Assembly (NCBI RefSeq): GCF_022045235.1
Contig: NW_027266286.1
Coordinates: 17,422,001 to 17,486,000, forward strand
Length of the DNA stretch: 64,000 nucleotides
From: Haliotis cracherodii
Lineage: Eukaryota
Direction of reading: 5' to 3'
A program made the translations under genes and the position numbers. Under the pieces are notes generated by a model that was given only the letters and a program-made list of their open reading frames with translations, was not told the DNA's origin and searched no databases. Within the stretch, counting starts at the first letter, position 1. Each line of letters starts with the position of its first letter. Below, in pieces: positions 13,823-26,329 of the stretch.

Positions 13823-14695
13823 CTCATCACCCCATTCTCGGTATTCTAGACATTCTCATCACCCCAACATTCTCAGTATTCTGGACATTCTCATCACGTC
13901 AAACATTCTCGGTATTCTAGACATTCTCATCACGTCAAACATTCTCGGTATTCTAGACATTCTCATTACCCCAAACATACTCAGTTTTCTAGACATTCTC
14001 ATTACGTCAGACATTCTCGGTATTCTAGACATTCTCATAACCCCAAACATTCAATATCGCTGAGCATTCTCATCACCCATAATATTTCCAGCATGTCAGA
14101 TATTCTCATCACCCCAACAATTTCAGTATGCTAGACATTCTCATCACCCCAACGTTCTCAGTATTCTGGACATTCTCATCACGTCAAACATTCTCGGTAT
14201 TCTAGACATTCTCATCACCCCAAACATTCTCGGTATTCTAGACATTCTCATAACCCCAAACATTCAATAGCGCTGAGCATTCTCATCACCCATAATATTT
14301 CCAGCATGTCAGATATTCTCATCACCCCAACAATTTCAGTATGCTAGACATTCTCATCAACCCATCATTCTCAGTATGCTAGACATTCTCATCAACCCAA
14401 CATTCTCAGTATGCAGGACATTCTCATCACCCGAAACATTCTAAGTTCACTGGACATTCTCATCACCCCAATTATTCTCAGTATTCTAGACATTCTCTTC
14501 ACGCCAAACATTCTCAGTATGCTTGACCTTCTCACCACCCCAAATATGCTCTGTATGCTAGACATTCCCATCACCCTAAACACTTCAGTAAGCAAACCAT
14601 TCTCATCACCCCGAAATATTTTCAGCATGTCAGATATTCTGATCATACCCGTATCAATGTGCTATAAATTCTCACCACGCCAAACATTCTCAGTA
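13823..14695. repeat. ~36-bp minisatellite with a ~213-bp higher-order duplication
   Basis: cattctcatcaccccaaacattctcagtattctaga; variant block repeated at 14048 and 14261. Confidence 0.92.
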
Positions 14696-14865
14696 ATTGC
14701 AATATTGCTAATACTAATATTGCGGTGTAAAACCATACTCACTCATTTTTCACTCACTATGCTAGACACTGTCAGTACGTTATCACAAACTACTTTGTTA
14801 ACATCAGCAGAAAACATCTTATCATCTACAAATGATAACAAACACAAATTCGTAGGCATTTTAAA

Positions 14866-14871
14866 TTTATT
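14866..14871 (-). terminator. Candidate polyadenylation signal (AATAAA) of the prohormone gene
   Basis: Minus-strand AATAAA about 1.1 kb after the stop, at the end of non-repetitive AT-rich sequence. Another AATAAA overlaps the stop codon. Confidence 0.3.
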
Positions 14872-15988
14872 GACGTCAGCAAATAACGAGACACATCCCT
14901 TTAACATCACAACCTTTGGTAGCCATGGTTACGGTGGGAAATCACACAGTTTGATATTTTGGCAATAGCGATGGATGTGATTAAAGGTGTAATTTGATGA
15001 GCAATATGTTGAATATATAGATGTACTTGTGACCCTTATATAGTAAAGATGGTTTATATGCAAAAATAATGATAAATGATTTGGAGTTCCTAATGAAAAA
15101 TTGAACTTAGAAATATATGTTATCCTCCAGGGAAAGCGTCCATGTTTCATCACTCCAAACGTGTGAATATACTGCGAGCAGCTAGAGCAGTAGGTTGGTG
15201 GGCCGTACATCCAGTACATCTTATATTGATTCAGCAGAGGCATTTAAAGTGATATTCTCTAAAATAAATATGATTTTTAAAATACTTCAGAACATAATAT
15301 TTGTGTGAGGATATGTTGTCTCGGCTCTTTCCGTAAACGACTGCTACGGAAAGTGCCGAGTGATATGATACAGCTACCATATATGGACATTTCCTAAAAC
15401 CGTCGAGTTCTTTATCGTCATACCAACACGCACATACACTAATAGGGAGTCACGTCGAAAAACCAAAATTGTTCACACGTCAACAGATTATTATTTTCTT
15501 TTTACTCAGAGAAATGTGTAAACAAGTTTGATTTTAGGTTATGTTTCATTTCAGTGATGCATGTAACATCGAGATCACGGGGAAGAAAATTAAGCGAGTG
15601 GGATACCAGATCGTGGGGATGGAATAAACACTAAACATTATGCACAATCTAGCACGAGATAACTTTACATTTCTACAACATTGCACATCCACAGAAAAAT
15701 AAATTGGTTGTTGTCTATTCATGTATGGAGATAATTTGTATTTAGTCCCTTTCAATAAATATATTTCACGTTTTCCTAAATATTCCATTTCGCAGACTTG
15801 CCACAGCCATGAACGTCTTTGTACAACACGTGACAAGACACATCACATCCGGTGTTCACATCTCGTCCGTACCGAGAGACGGCGAGATCACAGATACGTC
15901 ACGAGACGTGTTTCTCCAGATGTTAAAGTACAGTTTGATAGAAGTTACTTTGTCTTCCCAACTTCGATCTGCCTATCAAATTGAATCT

Positions 15989-16006
15989 TTATTTTTTCCT
16001 GTACTC
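15989..16006 (-). CDS. Prohormone terminal coding exon (EYRKK-stop), followed by AT-rich 3'UTR
   Basis: Polypyrimidine acceptor gttcttgctttcag|GAG TAC AGG AAA AAA TAA; phase 0 matches exon 3; total CDS 1299 nt = 432 aa + stop. Confidence 0.65.
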   Translation of the reverse strand, partial: EYRKK

Positions 16007-16063
16007 CTGAAAGCAAGAACGAAATACACCATTATAAATTCTGCATCATGATACGATGTACAT

Positions 16064-16330
16064 GTTTGTTTGTTTATTGTTTAACTCCGCACGCAGCAAT
16101 ATTCCAGCTATATGACGGCGGTCTGTAAATAATCGAGTCTGGACTAGACAATCCAGTGATTGACATCATGAGCATGGATCCACCCAACTGGGACACCATG
16201 ACATGCATCAACCAAGTCCGCGAGCCTGACCAACCGATCCCGTTACTCGCATCTTACGACAAGCATAGTCACCTTTTACGGCAAGAATGGGTTGCTGAAG
16301 ACCTATTCTACCCCGGAATCTTCAAGGGTC
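16064..16330 (-). mobile_element. Family B, full length, intronic
   Basis: Identity to other copies. Confidence 0.85.
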
Positions 16331-16380
16331 CCACAACCAACGGTCCTTTTTCTGACTAAGCACAGCTTTTATCGTGCCTA

Positions 16381-16632
16381 GACCGCCTCTGTGGTCTAGT
16401 GGTAGAGCGTCCGCCCGGAGAGCGTCATACCAAAAGACGTTAAAAGATGGTACTTGTTGTTTCCCTGTCTGGTGCTCGGCATTAAGGGGCTAAAACAAGG
16501 ACTGGTCGGCTCGGAGTCAGTATACTATGTCTGAGTGGGGTATTCATGTTAAACTGCGGCATGGTATCTCAGTGTGCTAGCACTATAAATCGGCATCAGT
16601 CCGGACTAGTACAAGCAGCGACACAAACACAC
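16381..16632 (+). mobile_element. SINE family A (B box deleted; breaks at CA tract)
   Basis: Identity to other copies. Confidence 0.85.
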
Positions 16633-16820
16633 ACTTTTATCAACTCGTGTTGATATATTTGATATCAAAAGGCACTCGGGTGAGATTCTCTATACATGAT
16701 TATTTTAAGCAGCGTTGATGATATTTAAATATATACTGGTTTTATTCATTTATATCTGGCTCTACATTAAGATTGGCGAAAAAATTGGTATAAAATAACA
16801 GTACTATCACTTCACACAGC

Positions 16821-17177
16821 GACCGCCTCCATGGTCCAGTGGTAGAGCGTCCGCCCGGAGAGCGTTCGATCCCCGGCCGCGTCATACCAAAAGACGTTAA
16901 AAGATGGTACTTGTTGTTATCCTGTCTGGCGCTCGGCATTAAGGGGCTTAAACTAGGACTGGTCGGCTCTCAGTCAGTATACTGTGCCTGAGTGGGGTAT
17001 TCATGTTAAACTGCGGCATGGTATCTCAGTGTGCTAGCACTATAAATCGGCATCAGTCCTGACTAGTACAAGCAGCCACACACACACACAGACACACACA
17101 CACACGTGCATGCATGTCGCTATATAAGTGTAATAATCCTGGACGCGACGTTAAGCCCAGATTCACCTCACCTCACC
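16821..17177 (+). mobile_element. SINE family A
   Basis: Shares a diagnostic head deletion and 5' flank with the 41293-41628 copy. Confidence 0.88.
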
Positions 17178-17254
17178 GTCTATCGCGCCCATGAGCGTAA
17201 TTTGATAAGATGGCAATTTTAAACGTCCGAATGGGTCCAGTGTATTTATCCAAA

Positions 17255-17372
17255 TATACTACTCAAAAGTAGTTAAGGACCATCACGATGTAGAGGCTAT
17301 GCAATTTCCATGACAGATTACTAGAGTAATATGAAAGAATCGTGTGGTCCTTAACTTATTTTAAGTAGTATA
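17255..17372. mobile_element. Tc1-type MITE (TA-CTACTCAAAAG TIR)
   Basis: ~35-bp imperfect TIRs, TA flanks. Confidence 0.75.
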
Positions 17373-17426
17373 GAATAGTGAGTATGGTGTTGACAACTAC
17401 TGATTCCTAGTCGCTTCCCAACGTAC

Positions 17427-18025
17427 CTCGTAGTATGGGGAATCTTCAGACAGCGCACTAGCGAGGGCCAAGAGTCTTTTATAGGCCTGCTCATAGTCCC
17501 GTTTCTGTTGAGGGATGAAGGCTCCCCAGTGTGTTTGGGGCTCCCGGCTGAAGGGATAGAAGTACCTTTTCCTGATACCTGGCAGATTGCTCATCATCTG
17601 GCGTTTGCTGGGCACGTACTCCGGCTCCTCCTCCTGCTGCTCCACCTCCTCGTATGTCTCAGGGTAGGACTCTTCCACTGGGTACCGCTCGTACGGCTCG
17701 TAGGCTGCCACCTGGGGTGCCTGCTGGTACATGTCTAACAGGGTGGCCACCTCGTCTTCGTACCTCGGCTCGGGACGGTACAGCTCGTACAGATCCTCCG
17801 CGGTGAGCTGTTGGGGGTAGCCTTCTTCATCTCCGTAGGAGTAAGCGTCTATATCGTCTAGGAGGTCTCGCTTGATCCTCTTGGAGCGCTTCACCTCGTT
17901 GTGTATCATGTCCCCCTCTGTGATGGCACGGCTACGTCTCGAGCTGCGACGACGGCGGTAGGGGTAGTAACTGAGATCGTAGGGGTAGTAGTCTTGCTGT
18001 GGGGGGTCATTGTTACGTCCCTTCT
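17427..18025 (-). CDS. Prohormone coding exon 3 (Tyr/Glu-rich, multiple KR/RR/RKR sites)
   Basis: Acceptor tacag|AG completes GAG in frame; continues into ORF 17397..17909; donor GAG|gtacgt, phase 0. Confidence 0.9.
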
Positions 18026-18950
18026 CTGTAAGTAGATGGCAGGGTTACAGAAACTAACCTTCTTGTGATGGTAAAGGATCAGTATGAGTATTATCTACGT
18101 AGATGATACATTTTTTTCCAGACTGTGGTACTAATACGCTTATAGATAAGGGACTGGCGATTTAATATTCTTGAGCGCCTAGCATTAGAATATTGTTTCA
18201 GTGCTTCAAAACATACAGTTTCTTTTCACTGAAAAGTGTAATTATCTTTTCCAAGCATTTAAAGAAAAAACAAGGTCCTCCCTAGAATATGAAATTATCG
18301 GCTCCTAACACACTACAATACATCCTGCCAACATGACATTTACATTCCCTGGTCGCACGTGTTCGCCCAATAGTTGTGGAAAGCCATTTCTTTTCTTTAC
18401 GATCTATTTAATACTATCTTGTGTACTTGACGGTGAAAATTGGGATCATTTGAGTTATTACTAGTTAATTTTACTAGCCAAACCGAACATGTGCAAGGCC
18501 CGGGTGAGGGGTCAAGGGCAAAAGCTGAAAAGACTTGCGTTATCGATTGAAATTGTTTTCTTATTACATATTCCATAATCTATGAGAGAAATGTCTCTCT
18601 GTTGAGTGACGATGAGTGATGGCCACTGTTCTCAGTCGAATATGATTGACATATAGTATATGACAACAAGAAAATGCACACTGTTGCAAAATACCATGTT
18701 GGTCTCATCAAGTGAATCCAAAAATATTAAATGCATTCTTGACAGTTGCATACAAATGTAAACAGTCTTACAAATATATTTCTTCTTTCCCATTCACTCG
18801 ACAAGGCGAACGTGTTATGAAGTGTGAATATCCGCATTTGAGATTTGAGCAGATACTGTTATCTGGATAAGTGCGGTATAACAACAAAAACAACATTACT
18901 TATAATAATATCCACAATGTATTTCTGTCTCCCCTCCCCCGCAGTCTTAC

Positions 18951-19517
18951 CATTTTCCCTCATGTAATAGTATAGGTCCAGGAGCGGCGTGTTCACATCG
19001 TTGTCAGCTTGAGCCACAGCTGCACCTTCTGAGTCGTCTGTCTGCTCAGCACCTTCACCCTCCTCCTCAGATTCCACCTCTTCCTCCTCAGCCGGCACAT
19101 CGTCATTAAGTTCCTCGACAGGAGCCCCAACTGTCTCCACAGGACCTTCCCCCTCACTGCTGTCGGCCAAAATGTCCTTCAGTTCTTCCTCCACAGAGTC
19201 AGCGTCAACCTCGCTGCCTGCATCGCCAACCGGGCCTTCTGGCAGCTGTTGTGTAATGGCGGGAACAACCGGCGCAACCTGTTCCTGTTCTTGATTGTCG
19301 TCTGCTTCCACTGCCGTCTGCTCCTGGGCGCTGCCGGCTACCTGATGCTCTTCGGGGATGAAGTCTTCCTGTTTAGCGGGTACTGCGATGACGGAGCCCT
19401 GTTTATCTAAGCTACTGTCGTCTGCTATGACGGGGACGGCGGGATCACTCTTCTTCTTTTTTAAACGAGGGTCGTTCTGTTGGTTGCCGAACAGGATCGC
19501 CTCCTGGTCGCGCTTGG
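18951..19517 (-). CDS. Prohormone coding exon 2 (KR-DQEAILFGNQQNDPRL-KKKK plus long acidic spacer)
   Basis: Acceptor ttgcag|CC completes GCC (Ala) in frame with exon 1; 567 nt open, GC-rich; donor G|gtaag, phase 1. Confidence 0.92.
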
Positions 19518-20125
19518 CTGCAACGATAAGAAGGCGAATATAGACAGTATACACAGTTTCAACAGTTTAAACACACCGCTACCTGATAGACATTTTATTC
19601 GTATAATCCTTCTTCATCGATGATGCAGATACGATGTCAACCCATATATGGCGCTTTGGGGGCACCCTAGTGGTTAAAGCGTTCGCTCGTCACGCCCAAG
19701 ACCGGGTTCGATCCCCCACATGGGTACATGTGTGAAACCAATGTATGGTGTTCTCCGTCGTGAGATTGCTGTAAAACTAAAAGCAGCATACAACCACTCA
19801 CCCACTCATGCTAATAATGCCCAATGCATTCACCGCTTTCTGAGTTTCTGAACACTGTAAGGCTGTGTTCCCTGGGTGAATGAATTGAGATTAAAATTAA
19901 ATTCTTCCCAATCTGCCTGAATAAATATTATGTGAGTGAGGCAGCTTTAAACTTTATTTCAGCCACTGAGTGCCAACTTGATGTGAGAGGGAAGCAAATG
20001 TGACGTACGTAGGCGTTTATCCCTTTACAGAAACCCTGAGCACAGGTTTCGTGTAAGACCGAAGATCATAATCGGTCCGTTTGGGTTGGAGCCCAAGATC
20101 ATCGGTTCGTGGCATGTTTATAATA

Positions 20126-20362
20126 TATACTACTCAAAAGAAGTTAAACAACACGCGATTATTTCATATTACTGGAGTTAATTTGTAGTTCAGATTCTTT
20201 CATATTACTAGCCGAAATCAGTAGTACCGATTCTTTCATATTGCTAGCCGTAATCTGTTGTTCCGATTCTTTCATATTACTAGAGTTATTCTGACATGCT
20301 ATAATATTAACTATAGTAATACGAAAGATCCGGGTGTTCTTTAACTTCTTTTGAGTAGTATA
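20126..20362. mobile_element. Tc1-type MITE, same family as 17255
   Basis: tactactcaaaagaagttaaa / tttaacttcttttgagtagta; internal ttctttcatatt repeats. Confidence 0.8.
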
Positions 20363-20364
20363 CG

Positions 20365-20583
20365 TTTGTATTTTAACGCCACATCCGGTAATCTTCCACC
20401 TTTTATATGACGGGTATGTAAATAATCGAGTCTTGACCAGGCGCTCAAGTGGTTGACATCATTAGCATCGATGTACGCAACTGGATACGAACAAAGTCAG
20501 CGAGCCTGACCACCCGATCTCGTCGCCTCTTTCGACAAGCCTGGGTTGCTGAAGACTAATTCTAACCCGGATCTTCACGGGTC
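20365..20583 (-). mobile_element. Family B, single-hairpin variant
   Basis: Only one copy of the 22-nt unit. Confidence 0.8.
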
Positions 20584-22050
20584 GACTATATTTTGAAAGA
20601 AACGCTGTACATATTTAACACTACATATGTCTTCCTGAACGTAACTACGCGTTGCTACAACAGGAATGACGCCCACGAGAGAGCTTGATCTAGCTTCTTT
20701 AACATACAACATGACGGCCGTGGTTACAGGTTGGTGTAGATTTCCACACAAAACTATAGATCTTTGAGCAAATTGATTTACCATACTGCGTTCTGAGTTG
20801 GGCAAGAATTTGCTTCATTAGTGGAATCCATCGCTTTGACGGTACGAAAATAAACGGAAAACAAATCTATTAATTGACAACCAGAGAAGTAAAACATGTG
20901 AACATCCCACCAAAGCATGCTCTAGGCGATACATTTCTCGGGATTTAGTTACGAATGTACGTAGACGGGTTATACGTTACCATGGCAACGGAACATACAG
21001 AGTAACCTGTCGTGAATATGCTGAAGTTTAATATTTAGATCAGACACACAAACCGGAAAATTTTGAAATCTGCTTCACTAAATTTTATTCTGAAAGTGTC
21101 CAAATATATTTTTCATATTCCACAATATTTTTGTAGTTATGCTGGTATATTATTTGATGCATGAACAGTTGGTTGTTAGTGGCTTCTGGCTCTGTGCCAA
21201 AGAAAGCAAGAACATAAGTGAGGCAAATTAAATATATCGTGTCACTGTAAACTTCAGTGTAATAAGATATATGGACAGACCCAGACTGCCACCTTCATTA
21301 GTCCATTGACAAGGTTATTGACATTCTGAAATTTAACAAATAAATAATGAATGTCCTACCACGACTAAATAGGAACAGCCTACCTATGTTCGGCTTTCAA
21401 TTTGATGTCATAAATGACACATCACATGACATATTTTAACCCATTTCCAGAGCTTGATATTTACTGAAAATGTTTAACTTCGCTGAACCTCAGCATCAGA
21501 TATGCAATATCCTCTTTCTTAGTCACAGATGATACAATTTTAAGGCTGTTGAAATGTCCTTCAGTGAAACGCGGGAACATGGAGCTCCCCATCACAACAT
21601 GTGCACTGTTCCCGATCAGTCTGCATGAAGCTATGCACTCACAGCCTCGTTTTCGATCCAAGATGGCGAAAGTGTGAAAAAGGTCAATAGTTTAAATATG
21701 AACCTGTCTAATTGCAACGGTTCAGCATAATCGAAGGGATTCTCTATGATTGCTGCCCAGGTTGGCACATTTAGTTTGTCACTTAACAAGTGTTTGCACC
21801 CCCGCGCCCCTACCCCCACCACCCCCACAACATAATTTATGTTCGAATGAAATGCATTACAGAATTCCCCTCTCAAAAATCAATGAGGAATACAGTAGGC
21901 TCTTAAATAAATCATTAATAAATACCAATGGAGAAAAACCCTTTGTCTTGTCTATTATCTAAAACAATATTGGTAAATGTTATATTTACGAACATGAACA
22001 GATACACGGCGAACAGCTGACTAACCGGTCCCGTCTCCTCGGCGTGAACA

Positions 22051-22261
22051 TAAACTGTCGGGCCAAAAAAAGTATACACTTAAAAATGTGATTTGGACAA
22101 ATTGTTCTCAAAACATTACTGATGAAGACACTGCAAACTTAAGATCCAAAACACTACTATGGCATCGATATCGAATACATCGCCATTGAAAAAACATTTC
22201 TTGTGTTTAATTTTAGCCACCACCAAACATGAGTGTATAACTTCTTTTGCTCAGCAGTGTA
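22051..22261. mobile_element. Tc1-type MITE
   Basis: Imperfect TIRs actgtcgggccaaaaaaagtatacac / gtgtataacttcttttgctcagcagtgta. Confidence 0.55.
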
Positions 22262-22847
22262 TGTGCTAATCAAACTCTCTACAAAGACGGATGACTTTCT
22301 GAAAGACGTCCTTTTATCAACAAGGTCATCGGGTAAGAGGTACTTGTCGATTTCGTCGTTCTAATCAATTTCCGAAACTTTCGCATTGAATCATTATCAA
22401 AACAGATCGATAGTCAAACGTGTTTAATGCATTTTATGCGTTACTTAACCAACCGTAAATCTGAATCACTTCTAGAATGTTTTCGTGGATTCTCGTCTTC
22501 AAAACCGTTCAAGTACAGACCCAGGAGCGTCGCTGGTTCTGCCCCGTACTAAATAATGGCAAGAAGACACCTCTAGTCACTGGAGGGTGATGAAAGCCGA
22601 CCACAGGGCCTCTTGGCTGGAATACATTGTCCGTAGAACGGTGACTTATTGGCAGGAGGTGGTGGAGACACCCTTTGGCTGAGTGTATAATGGCTTCTGT
22701 GTACATGATTTACAGGCGCTGTCCTTGTTCCAGCTTGGAGAAGGATTTTGTGCCGGTTGGCTTGTTAGGGATGTTGGTATGTAATTTAACGCCACCAGCT
22801 ATATGACGGCGGCCTCTAAATAGTATCACAAGACATTCCTGTAATGA

Positions 22848-23127
22848 GTGAGTGTGTGAGTTGGGTTTAACGCCGCTTTTAACAGTATTACAGTTATATC
22901 GCGGCGTGTCAGCTTAATGTGGGAGGTAAGCCCGAAGTGATGCAGGTCTCAGACGTTTACTACTTCGGTGAAACCCACGAGCACGGGTATGATGCTGACA
23001 AACCTAGAAACATAATCAGGGCGAACCGGGATTCGAACTTATAATCATAGGTTTCTGGCGCGCCCAAGGGACGCAACTCTGCACAGCGAATAGCGGCGCC
23101 TTAGACGACTGGGCCACCCGTGCCCCC
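22848..23127 (-). mobile_element. SINE family D, full length, intronic
   Basis: TSD tcctgtaatga. Confidence 0.9.
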
Positions 23128-25446
23128 TCCTGTAATGAATATTGTGAATATAAGTGACAAAACCCTTTCCATAATCTAAAGCGATCGATCTGCTGTACGA
23201 TTCCGACAATTCCGACTACATCATGTATTTATGGATCGATGCTCATATTGTCAATCACTGGACTGTCTGGTCCAGACTCGATTATTTACAGACCGCCGTC
23301 ATATAGCTGGAATATTGCTGAGTGCGGCGTTAAACAACAAACAAACAAACACTATCAAATAGTGCTCCCTTGCCTCCCCCTGGGGAGTATACAAGCCCCA
23401 CCAGCATTCATTCTCACCCTAGCGGGTACCCATCGCTTCTGATTAAATAGATGACGTAATATTGTGCCAGTCAATTCACGGTGGGTGTGTTACATAGCTG
23501 GTTATATTTCAGCCAAATGACACATCATAACTATGTGGGAAATCGAACGCGGATTTTCCATAACGAGCCAAGGCTCTCTTAGGTGTTTTAATCAGATTGG
23601 TTCTTGTTCTACGAAGAACTATCTTTATGTTTGAAAAAAAAGGGGTCAGAGAAACTAATGAGGATTATAAATATATACAATTACGTACGAAATAGGACAA
23701 AAACAAATTAGGACAATTTAACTATATTCATGTTTCAATACAAATTACGTGAAAACAATTTATTTTACATGCTTTTAAAAATGTCCAACACAATCACGCT
23801 TGGGCACACCAGAAATGGGCTTTCCATATTGTGTCCTAGTACAACGGGGCTCCTGCGTGCAAGACGTGAAGAACGAACGCTTTAACCACTAGGCTACCCG
23901 ACCGCCCCGTGAAAGGCGTGAAGATCGAACGCTTTAACCACTAAGCTACCAAACCGCTCCGTTTCACGTTTGAATAATATAAGGAATAGGAAACGAAGTC
24001 TAAGAAAAGGGTAAAGAGTTTTCACCGGCAATGACACCAACACAACCGTGGCTGCGTGTCAAGGTGCCTCGCGGGGATCGGGAAGTCTTTAATTATCAGT
24101 GGGGAATTAGATACAAGCCTGCTCAGTCTCTCTGAGCCCAGGATAAGACCATGTAGCATTTCAAGGTGAGCGATCAAGTTAGAATCTGGTTTCTTTGGCC
24201 TAAGCATTTTCTTCACATTCTAATTAAACTTACTTTGTCAAAGGTTTGTTTAAGTTTCTTGTGTAGACGTAAATTAGGAAGAACTTAAAACTTAACGCGA
24301 CCAACCTAAGTTTGTATGGCGCGCGTTATTGATGGCTACATAACGAATGAAAAAAAAATTATATTTGGAAATCGTACTCGATAAATTTGTAACCGATATC
24401 TGAAATGATATCAGATAATGAATATATATTTTTAATCGTATAAAAAAGAAGTCTCATTTTACAACATAGATCTATGTGTAACATAATCATTTCTAATAAA
24501 TCCTAACCAGTAAACCGTTGATTCATTCTGATTGCGATTTGGCAAGACTCTAAATCCACAATTAGCAACGAATTTTTCTGAGAAGGCGAGAGTTTATTTT
24601 TTCCGTCCTCCCAGTGGACTCGACCTAGGGTAAGGTAGAATACGTCACGGACGCTGTGCTGATATCACGTGACGCTCCCCAATTAGATGAAGTTGTATCC
24701 CATCCCTGCCTCCGCGAGACTGTGCCAGGCGTATACCGTATCAGCCATATTCTGTCGGGAGTTGTTTCTGAGACTGCGCCAGTCCAGATCTACTGAGTCT
24801 TGTTCGCCACGTTTGTCCGGGAGTGTCACCACGCTAAAACACGGCTTCGATTGCCGATGCTGGTTAATGTTTGAGTCCCAGCCTCCCACGTCGTCACATC
24901 TATAGAGTATTGATAGATAATAGGGACGAAAATTCATTTCTCACTCACGTCAGTTCGGACAACTATAGATAGAACGGAACCGTCGTATTAACGAGTTTTC
25001 GCTGCCTGAACTCCATCTTCGGTCTTTATACCATGTAGCTTTGTTGAAGGCCCACAGTAAACCAAAATTGTAAACCTATAGAAAGTGTGTTTTGTGTTGT
25101 GATTGGCTAATTTGGGTCACATGACCAAATGTCAAAGGGTGAAAATATGATTTGCATTCCCTGAAGCAAGCGACGTAATCACTGTGTAGAAATACATAAT
25201 TACTCAGCATTTTTTGCATACTAATTAACATGAATTAACATTCATATCACATATTTTGATTTTCTCTATTCATGGGAATTATTGGGATTTTTAATTAAAA
25301 AAATTGATAATGAAATAATTACCAAAAACACAATCACCATAGCAACAACAGAACGTTCGATGTTGACGCCTCACAACCGAGTAAGTACGAGGTGTTAAAG
25401 AGTGCGCATGTTTTTTTCTAAATAAAACAATAGGTTTACAATATCA

Positions 25447-25609
25447 ATAAATACTATGTGTGTGTCTATTTCCGAGATTTTATCGAGTATTGGCATCTTG
25501 GAAATTTTCATTCGAGCCCCTCAAGCTAACGCTTTCGGGTCTCGAGATGAATTTCCAAGATGCAAATAGTCGATAAAATCCCGGAAATAGACACACACAT
25601 AGTATTTAT
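25447..25609. repeat. Long palindrome (~70-bp arms)
   Basis: ataaatactatgtgtgtgtctatttccg... reverse-complemented around tcaagctaacgcttt. Confidence 0.9.
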
Positions 25610-26214
25610 CTTCTAAGCATCTCCCTGAAAGGCAACATTTGATATTGACCTAACCCGTTTTTAACGTTGAAAATCAGTTTCCTACAACATTGTCTTTGAA
25701 TGCTGCTTCAGTCAATGATCCTTCAACTACCTAAAGAGAGTATGCCTGCAGTGATGTTATAAGATGACAAACAAGCTTCCCATTTCACATAAAGTTTTCT
25801 GTGTCCGAACAGAATAGCAAACAACAGAACGTGTGAAGGAATTAAGGGACATTTCCAGCCTCAACACGTCCTGTTAACAATAACACCCCTTCGAGGAATC
25901 AATAGCGGTTGCCCTTGCATTTGTCTAATCAAAGGCAATGCTACACTTTCCAGCCGCCTTCAATTCCGTTTTGTGTTCTGATGTGTCCATATGAACGAGA
26001 ACTAGATTTTGTTCAATTCAACAATTGCATGTTACAATTATGCCCGATAAGGTTTTTGCAGCTTTAAAAATGGACATTTTCAGTGAGCCCCAAAGGACAC
26101 TGATCTTGCCTCGTCCTTTCGTCAACTGGTGAAGCAAGTTCAATCCCATTTTGTCATGATACATGTTAAGATGATATTGGATTGGTAAAACGATACCTGA
26201 TATCATATGCTTAC

Positions 26215-26329
26215 CAACTTCAATATTTTCACCAGCAGCTAGTTCCGGGGCCTTTTCTACGGGAGCAGACGACACAAAGGCCCACACCAGAACGAGACTG
26301 ACCCCCAGGACGGAGAGGCTTCTCATCAT
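26215..26329 (-). CDS. Prohormone (NVP-like/prohormone-2-type neuropeptide precursor), coding exon 1 with signal peptide
   Basis: GCCGCC-ATG context at 26329; MMRSLSVLGVSLVLVWAFVSS|APVEKAPELAAGENIEV; upstream acceptor ctttcag (exon starts 26365); donor G|gtaag, phase 1. Confidence 0.88.
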
